A stretch of 64,000 nucleotides of DNA. It comes from Bacteroidota bacterium (GTDB taxonomy: Bacteria; Bacteroidota; Bacteroidia; Bacteroidales; UBA12077). The position numbers were made by a program, and so were the translations under genes. Below, piece after piece: positions 57,872 to 64,000 of the stretch (its first letter is position 1; each line of letters starts with the position of its first letter). The notes beneath the pieces were generated by a model that searched no databases, had not been told where the DNA came from, and saw nothing but the letters and a program-made list of their open reading frames with translations. The stretch covers positions 18,278 to 82,277 of the forward strand of contig JAXHVS010000055.1 in the NCBI GenBank assembly GCA_034189025.1, written 5' to 3'.

Positions 57872-58867
57872 CTAAAAATATTTTTCAAGCGCTTCTTTAA
57901 GTAATTGTTCTTTATTAACAGGTACAACCCCTACTTTTTCGCAAACCTGTCCACCTGCCAGGTTTGATAGGGTGGCAATGTCTTCGGGTTTAAGGTTAGC
58001 CGCCAGGCAGAGGCTTGCTGTTCCTATAAGCGTATCACCGGCACCCGAAACATCGGCAACATCCCTTATTTCGGCAGGAATGATTTTGTAACCTTCATTA
58101 TTGCTAATAAATACTCCTAACTCTGAAAGGGTAACAAAAATATATTTTGCCGATAATTTTTGGTGTAAAATTTTTGATGCTCCATAAATGCCTTTAAAGT
58201 CGCCTTTTGGAATATCAATTTTTGATCCTTCAACCAGTTCTTTAAAATTGGGTTTAAAAAGAGTAACCTGCTGATACTCCATAAAATTCCTTTTTTTCGG
58301 ATCAACCAGGGTAGGAATATCATTTTTATTGGCGAACTCAACTACCGAATGGATTACTTTTGGGGTAATAGATCCTTTATCATAATCTTCAAAAATTATG
58401 GCATGGATTTTTTGGCCTGCCAGTATATTTAAAATATGATGGATAAACCTTGATTCGGTATCTTTAGCTAAAACCTCATCTATTTCTTCATCAACCCTTA
58501 ATAGATGGTGATTATCGGCGATTATCCTGGTTTTTACGGTTGTTTTCCGGTTTATGTCTTCAATAATTCCTGCGCTGGTGAGTTTACGTTTTTTTAGCAA
58601 ACTGAAGAATGTTTGTGATCGAGAGTCTTTTCCAACAACCGAACATAATATGGGATTTGCTCCTAATGCCTGAACATTTAGTGCTACATTGGCAGCTCCA
58701 CCTAAACGATTTTCCTGTTTTGAGCTCATAATTATAGGTACCGGAGCTTCTGGTGAAATGCGGTTTACTTTTCCCCACATATATGAGTCGATCATTACAT
58801 CGCCAATAATCAGGATGTTGAATTGATTAAATGCATCGAATATGGATTTTATATCTATTTTTTTCAC
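57872..58867 (-). CDS. PfkB-family sugar kinase resembling RfaE/HldE domain I (D-glycero-beta-D-manno-heptose-7-phosphate kinase)
   Basis: 331 aa. N-terminal ILIIGDVMIDSYMWGKVNRISPEAPVPI is the HldE kinase-domain signature as I recall it. C-terminal GAGDT is also present. GTG start. Confidence 0.78.
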   Translation of the reverse strand: MKKIDIKSIFDAFNQFNILIIGDVMIDSYMWGKVNRISPEAPVPIIMSSKQENRLGGAANVALNVQALGANPILCSVVGKDSRSQTFFSLLKKRKLTSAGIIEDINRKTTVKTRIIADNHHLLRVDEEIDEVLAKDTESRFIHHILNILAGQKIHAIIFEDYDKGSITPKVIHSVVEFANKNDIPTLVDPKKRNFMEYQQVTLFKPNFKELVEGSKIDIPKGDFKGIYGASKILHQKLSAKYIFVTLSELGVFISNNEGYKIIPAEIRDVADVSGAGDTLIGTASLCLAANLKPEDIATLSNLAGGQVCEKVGVVPVNKEQLLKEALEKYF

Positions 58868-58939
58868 CAGATTAAATTTTGGAATTAAAATGCAAAGATA
58901 AGAAAAACGACCCGAAACGGTAAATGAATTTTTTGATTC

Positions 58940-59327
58940 TTATTTTTTTTTGCTTTGCTTGCCAAATCCGGGATTTCCAGTGTCTAAAACAAAACGCCAT
59001 TCCCCCTTTAGCATTTTTCCCAAAATTGTACAATAAGTTCCTCTTTGCACCTCGCCTTTTTGTTTACCACTGGTTATTTCGAGTAAATAAATTCCATATG
59101 TATATCCCAGATATGCGGATTTGGATATCTTAGCATAGCTGGGTTGCCACGTTAGCCGGTAATTAGTATCGTTTAATTCAATATACAATTTCTTTAACGC
59201 TGGTTTTCCAACAATAGGAAAAGAGTTGGGTTTTAATAAAACAACATCGGGTGCTGCAAATTCAAAAAGCCTGGTAATTTCTAATTTCAGCCGAACGATT
59301 TAAAAACATAACATCGGTTTTCAGCAT
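58940..59327 (-). pseudogene. DUF4440/SnoaL-like protein gene disrupted by a 7-bp tandem duplication
   Basis: The ATG at 59327 gives MLKTDVMFLNRSAEI, then a frameshift and stop. The remainder (EITRLFEFAAPDVVLLKPNSFPIVGK...WRFVLDTGNPG) continues in another frame. GAAATTA is duplicated on the coding strand (plus strand TAATTTC twice, 59275-59288) exactly at the frame switch. Confidence 0.75.
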
Positions 59328-59415
59328 GGTTTGTTTTTCATGTTTTCTATTTACAGGTGTTTTAAAACTCTATAAAAAATTTAAAAATAGAAGTATTTTT
59401 TTCATAATTAATGAT

Positions 59416-59823
59416 TTATTTACTGTTTTGATTTTCAATTGCATCTTTTATCGCCGCTTTAGCAAAGTTCGAAGTTCTGGTTGCGCCGGTTATAGCATCA
59501 AGAGCTAAATTCTGGGTGTTTTTTAAGTTTTCTTCAATATCTTTTTTGCTGAGATAACCTGGCATATAAAACATTCTTTTGAATTTCAGGCTTTCAATTT
59601 TTTTATTTTTGATGGTAAACTCAACATGCGAAAGCGTAATTAGCTTAAGTGCTTTAAATTTTCCCTGGTAATATCCATCGGGTAATTGTGCGGTGTTAGG
59701 ATGGAAATTCCCAGTAAGATTTTTTGCCTCTTCATACGCTTTTTTAATAATCCAATTTCCAATTACCGGAGTAGCAAAAAACGCAAGGAAAAATACTAAT
59801 ATGTAGGGAAGTATTTTTTTCAT
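59416..59823 (-). CDS. membrane-anchored FMN-binding domain protein
   Basis: 135 aa with an N-terminal TM anchor. The FMN_bind-type motif DAITGATRTS is present. Confidence 0.8.
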   Translation of the reverse strand: MKKILPYILVFFLAFFATPVIGNWIIKKAYEEAKNLTGNFHPNTAQLPDGYYQGKFKALKLITLSHVEFTIKNKKIESLKFKRMFYMPGYLSKKDIEENLKNTQNLALDAITGATRTSNFAKAAIKDAIENQNSK

Positions 59824-59869
59824 TTTTGATATTTTTTTAGTAGATGTAAAAATAATGATTTAAAGAAAA

Positions 59870-62347
59870 TTAAACCGGATCCACATCAATGGATATTTGT
59901 ATTGTTTTGTGATTATCCATTGTAACCAGCTGAATGATTTGTTCATTCAACAATTTTTTTGCTTTTTGAAATGACCGTTGGCGTTCGATCTTGATCAATA
60001 TTTTTTTGATATACATATTTTGTATTTTTGAGATTACCGGAGATTCAGGGCCTAACACTCTTTTGCCAAAGATTTTTTTTAGGTTGTTGGCTAAATGGTT
60101 GGCGGATTGATCTACCACATTGGCTTTTTTGTGTTTAATGCTAATATAAATTAACCGGCAAAACGGTGGGTAGTTGAAATTTTTACGTTCAAGCAATTGT
60201 GATTTGTACATTTCCTGATATTTATTATCCAATACAAATTGTAAAATCTGATGTTCCGGATGACTGGTCTGGATAATCACTTTGCCTTGTTTGTTTTTTC
60301 GTCCTGCCCGTCCGCTTACCTGGGCCATTAATTGATAGCTGCGCTCAAAAGCCCTGAAATCAGGATAGTTGAGCATGTTGTCGGCATTCAGAATTCCTAC
60401 CAGTGCTACATTATCAAAATCAAGGCCTTTGGAAACCATTTGCGTGCCTATTAAAATATTAATTTCTCCCTGCTCAAATCCGGCAATAATATTTTCGTAA
60501 GCATATTTAGATCTTGTAGAGTCTAAATCCATACGTTTAACTTTGGCATCTGGGAAAAAAATTTTTATCTCATCCTCAATTTTTTCGGTTCCAAAGCCTC
60601 GTGTCGATAATGAGGCATTTCCACAGGCTTTACATACTTTAGGGTTTTTGATAGTGTATCCACAGTAGTGACAAACCAGCTCATTATGCTGCTTATGGTA
60701 AGTCATGCTTACATCGCAATGGGTGCAATAGGGAATCCATCCACAAGTTTCGCATTCTAAAAATGGGGCAAACCCACGCCTGTTTTGAAAAAGGATAATT
60801 TGTTCGTTCTTTTCGAGCGATTTTTTAATACTATCTAATAATACCGGGCTAAAATGCGATTTCATCTGTTTCTTTTTTCTTGCTTTAAGCGTATCGCTTA
60901 AAATAATTTCGGGCAACTTTATTTCTTGAAATCTTGAATTTAGCTCAACTAGTCCATATTTATCTGTTTTTGCATTAAAATAACTTTCAATAGATGGGGT
61001 TGCTGTTCCAAGCAGCACTTTGGCCTGGTGGATTTGAGCCAGAACAATAGCAGTATCGCGGGCATTGTAGCGTGGTGCCGGATCGTATTGTTTGTAAGTA
61101 TTTTCATGCTCTTCATCAATAATAATTAATCCCAGGTTCGAAAAGGGTAAAAAAAGTGACGAACGGACACCAAGAATAATGTCATAATGGTTTTTTTTAG
61201 TGTTTTTCAGAACATTCTGATAAACTTCAACCCGCTCTCCATCGTTAAATTTAGAGTGATAGATTCCAACCCTGTTCCCAAATACCGATTTTAAACGGTT
61301 AATGATTTGTGCGGTTAAAGCAATTTCTGGCAACAGATATAAAACCTGTTTCCCTTGATCAATTTGTTCTTGCATCAATTGAATGTAAATTTCAGTTTTA
61401 CCACTTGATGTTACACCATGCAGTAACACCACCTGTTTTTCATCAAAATGTTTTTGTATGGATTGATATGCTTGCTCCTGAGCTATAGAGAGCTGCTTAC
61501 CCTCTTTGACATTTGTTGATGAATAGTCGAGCCGGCTAACCGTTTTTTTATACTCGGTTAAAATATTTTTTTTAATTAATGATTGAATGTTTTGATGATT
61601 TGCTCCCGTTTTTTTGATTAAACTTTGCCTGCTGACTTCAGCAGTGGCCTTCTTTGAAAATTTCCCCGACAGGTTTATAAAACTTATAAGCACATCAAGT
61701 TGTCTGTGGGCTTTCTTTAACGAATCAAACGCTTCGTTTAGTTGTTTTTCGGTGGTAATCGATTCGTGGAGCTCAATATAGGTTTCAGTCCTGGGTTTGT
61801 AACTTTCTTTTAACTTTTCTTCCAGAATTACAGCTTTCTTATCTATTAGAGATTTAATTATCGGTAAAGCATCTTTTTTATTCAGGGCTTGAGCAATGTC
61901 ATTTACTTTGGCAATGTTTGTTCTTTCTAAAAAATCGAGAACTAATGATTCGGTACTGGTAAATATTTCATTTTTAATGTTTTTTGCATTGTAAATAACT
62001 TTTGTTTCCGATTCAAGTTTTAATCCCGAAGGTAGTGCTGCTTTAAATACCTCACCCAGCGAACACATGTAATAATCGGCAATCCATTGCCATAATTTTA
62101 ATTGTGATTCGTTTACAATTGGATTATCATCTAATACCGATAAAATATCTTTTGTTTCGTAATCTGCAGGCTTTTTGCAATGAATGGCAAGAATGATTGC
62201 TGCATAAATTTTACGCCGTCCAAATTGAACAATTACCCTTTTGCCTGTTGTTACTGATTTTTCCAAAGGTTTGGGAATACTGTAAGTGAACAGTTGCTTT
62301 AAAGGGAGCGGCAGTATTACATCGACAAATACGGGTGAATTGCTCAT
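59870..62347 (-). CDS. priA: primosomal replication-restart helicase PriA
   Basis: 825 aa with an N-terminal 3'-DNA-binding domain (VDVILPLPL), Walker A GVTSSGKTE, DEEH, and cysteine-rich zinc fingers CETCG..CTHC..CHYCG..CKACG. Confidence 0.95.
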   Translation of the reverse strand: MSNSPVFVDVILPLPLKQLFTYSIPKPLEKSVTTGKRVIVQFGRRKIYAAIILAIHCKKPADYETKDILSVLDDNPIVNESQLKLWQWIADYYMCSLGEVFKAALPSGLKLESETKVIYNAKNIKNEIFTSTESLVLDFLERTNIAKVNDIAQALNKKDALPIIKSLIDKKAVILEEKLKESYKPRTETYIELHESITTEKQLNEAFDSLKKAHRQLDVLISFINLSGKFSKKATAEVSRQSLIKKTGANHQNIQSLIKKNILTEYKKTVSRLDYSSTNVKEGKQLSIAQEQAYQSIQKHFDEKQVVLLHGVTSSGKTEIYIQLMQEQIDQGKQVLYLLPEIALTAQIINRLKSVFGNRVGIYHSKFNDGERVEVYQNVLKNTKKNHYDIILGVRSSLFLPFSNLGLIIIDEEHENTYKQYDPAPRYNARDTAIVLAQIHQAKVLLGTATPSIESYFNAKTDKYGLVELNSRFQEIKLPEIILSDTLKARKKKQMKSHFSPVLLDSIKKSLEKNEQIILFQNRRGFAPFLECETCGWIPYCTHCDVSMTYHKQHNELVCHYCGYTIKNPKVCKACGNASLSTRGFGTEKIEDEIKIFFPDAKVKRMDLDSTRSKYAYENIIAGFEQGEINILIGTQMVSKGLDFDNVALVGILNADNMLNYPDFRAFERSYQLMAQVSGRAGRKNKQGKVIIQTSHPEHQILQFVLDNKYQEMYKSQLLERKNFNYPPFCRLIYISIKHKKANVVDQSANHLANNLKKIFGKRVLGPESPVISKIQNMYIKKILIKIERQRSFQKAKKLLNEQIIQLVTMDNHKTIQISIDVDPV

Positions 62348-62359
62348 ATAAAAAGCAAA

Positions 62360-63340
62360 TTAAACATTTAAGAAATCGAGAATTTCCAGCAACCTGCGAT
62401 TAACATCTTTATGATGTTTGATGGTTTTGTTAAAAGGGATATGTACAACTTCTCTGTTCATCATTCCTACCATAATGCTCTGCTGGTCGTCTAGCAGCGC
62501 TTCTACTGCAGCCACACCCAACTCGCTTGCAATTACCCTGTCGAATGCCGTAGGTGATCCCCCGCGTTGAATGTGCCCCAGTACGGTTACCCGGATATCA
62601 TAATCTTTAAAATCATTTTTTACTTGTTTTGCAATAGCATAAGCACCGCCACTTTCGTCACCTTCGGCAACTAAAATAATGTTAGAAGCTTTTTTACGTT
62701 TATATCCCGACTCCAGATATGCTCTTAGGTTTTGAGAGTCGGTTTCAATTTCAGGGATAAGAATAGCTTCCGCACCACAAGCTATACCACTTCTGAGCGC
62801 CAAGAAACCGGCATCTTTTCCCATTACTTCAATAAAAAATAATCGATTGTGTGAGCTTGCAGTATCTCTTATTTTATCTACAGCTTGTACAATGGTATTA
62901 AGTGCGGTGTCGTATCCAATGGTGTAATCAGTGCCATACAAGTCGTTATCAATAGTTCCTGGAATACCAACAAATGGAATGTCAAACTCTTCGGTAAATT
63001 TGCGGGCTCCGGTAAATGTCCCGTCACCTCCAATAACAATTACTGCATCAATTCCTTCTTGTTTTAAATTGTTGTATGCTTTTTGTCTTCCTTCTCTAGT
63101 TTTAAATTCTTCGCTGCGGGCTGTTTTTAATATCGTACCCCCTTTTTGGATGATATCGCTTACCATGTATGATTTTAGCTGTTTAAAATTACCCTGAATA
63201 AGTCCTTCGTAACCATGGCGAATGCCAAATACTTTTAGATTATGGTAAATTGCTGTACGGGTAACTGCTCTGATAGCAGCATTCATTCCGGGAGCATCGC
63301 CTCCCGAGGTTAAAACTCCTATTGTTTTTATTTTAGCCAT
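62360..63340 (-). CDS. pfkA: ATP-dependent 6-phosphofructokinase
   Basis: 326 aa with GVLTSGGDAPGMNAAIR, IGGDGT, PGTIDND and MGK/GHIQRGG blocks. Confidence 0.96.
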   Translation of the reverse strand: MAKIKTIGVLTSGGDAPGMNAAIRAVTRTAIYHNLKVFGIRHGYEGLIQGNFKQLKSYMVSDIIQKGGTILKTARSEEFKTREGRQKAYNNLKQEGIDAVIVIGGDGTFTGARKFTEEFDIPFVGIPGTIDNDLYGTDYTIGYDTALNTIVQAVDKIRDTASSHNRLFFIEVMGKDAGFLALRSGIACGAEAILIPEIETDSQNLRAYLESGYKRKKASNIILVAEGDESGGAYAIAKQVKNDFKDYDIRVTVLGHIQRGGSPTAFDRVIASELGVAAVEALLDDQQSIMVGMMNREVVHIPFNKTIKHHKDVNRRLLEILDFLNV

Positions 63341-63351
63341 ATGATAAGAAT

Positions 63352-64000
63352 TTATGAGTTTGCTATTTTTTTAACTTCTGCAGCTACATTCTCCATCAAC
63401 CATCTAGGTGTTGATGTAGCACCACATACACCCACGGATTTAACTTCGTTAAACCATGCTTTTTGTAATTCCGATTTTTCGGAAACAAAAAAAGTATTTG
63501 GATTTTCAGCCTGGCATACTTGAAATAACATGCGCCCATTTGAACTTTTATTGCCACTCACAAAAATAACAATATCGTGTTTTTTTACAAACGCACGTAG
63601 TTTTGGCTGACGGTGCGATACTTGCCTGCATATTGTGTCATTTGTCACAAAATCAATATCCCCATTTCCCTGAGAGGCTATCATGCGATTTTTAATTTCA
63701 TTTTGTATCTCGTAAAAACCCTCTATACTTTTGGTGGTTTGGGAAAATAGGTTTACAGGTTTGCTAAAATCAATTTTGTATAAATCATTAATTCCTCCAA
63801 TAACAATAGCTTTGCCATTGGTTTGGCCTACCAGCCCGTTTACTTCAGCGTGTCCTTCTTTCCCGTAAATTACAACTTGTCCTCCTTTTTTTAAAAACTC
63901 GTCAAATCCGAGTTTAATATTATTTTGTAGTTTTAGTACCACCGGACACGAAGCATCGATTAGCCGGATATTGTTTTTTTTGGCTATTTCATAAGTTTCT
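63352..64000 (-). CDS. ispH: 4-hydroxy-3-methylbut-2-enyl diphosphate reductase, 5'-truncated by the window edge
   Basis: The frame stays open beyond the listed start to the right edge (ETYEIAKKNNIRLIDASCPVV...). The DASCPxV cluster cysteine, SSN and GATSTP blocks are IspH hallmarks. Confidence 0.92.
   Translation of the reverse strand, partial: ETYEIAKKNNIRLIDASCPVVLKLQNNIKLGFDEFLKKGGQVVIYGKEGHAEVNGLVGQTNGKAIVIGGINDLYKIDFSKPVNLFSQTTKSIEGFYEIQNEIKNRMIASQGNGDIDFVTNDTICRQVSHRQPKLRAFVKKHDIVIFVSGNKSSNGRMLFQVCQAENPNTFFVSEKSELQKAWFNEVKSVGVCGATSTPRWLMENVAAEVKKIANS

Noticed and set aside
55900-57900. A search for a parS site (TGTTNCACGTGAAACA-type palindrome) around parA/parB and elsewhere.
   Set aside because: I found no CACGTG-centred 16-mer palindrome. 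The CACGTG occurrences at about 31706 and 50270 have non-palindromic flanks.
58924-59508. Plus-strand ORFs 58924-59133 (69 aa) and 59326-59508 (60 aa).
   Set aside because: They are shadows on the opposite strand of the DUF4440 pseudogene and of the FMN-binding gene, and I recognise no motifs in them.

Overview
This is an AT-rich, densely packed, largely collinear stretch of core chromosome, and it looks like Bacteroidota. Three things support that lineage. Nearly all genes lack a Shine-Dalgarno sequence. TAnnTTTG '-7' promoter boxes sit 34-63 nt upstream of several start codons. The block parA-parB-DUF5683-LysM lytic transglycosylase is present, along with PorQ/PorV-like and HhH outer-membrane proteins.

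I support about 50 CDS:
- Cell shape: mreBCD-mrdA-rodA.
- Purine metabolism: purH, purE, hpt, adk.
- Lipoate metabolism: lipA, lipB, lplA.
- Glycolysis and lipid entry: pgi, pfkA, gpsA, two PlsC-family acyltransferases, acpH, a PAP2 phosphatase.
- DNA transactions: recJ, priA, parE/parC, parA/parB, a membrane MutS-like ATPase.
- Others: lysS, obg, aroK, ispH.

I found no rRNA, tRNA, CRISPR array, transposase, integrase or phage gene, and no clear-cut defence island or other self-evident novel multi-gene system.

The items most worth a second look are:
1. A 1073-aa single-ORF fusion of an Endonuclease-Q-like PHP nuclease with a full UvrD helicase.
2. A long-form (726 aa) KamA-family radical SAM aminomutase, and nearby a COG2403-type P-loop protein that carries the only perfect Shine-Dalgarno sequence in the window.
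3. An MBOAT plus two SGNH hydrolase O-acetylation module.
4. A ComEA-like HhH domain fused to an outer-membrane barrel.
5. An M49/DPP3-like lipoprotein lacking the HExxH zinc motif.
6. A DUF4440 gene broken by a 7-bp tandem duplication.
7. Three structured intergenic hairpin or inverted-repeat insertions.

All functional calls come from reading the translated ORFs and recalling family motifs. No database search was run.
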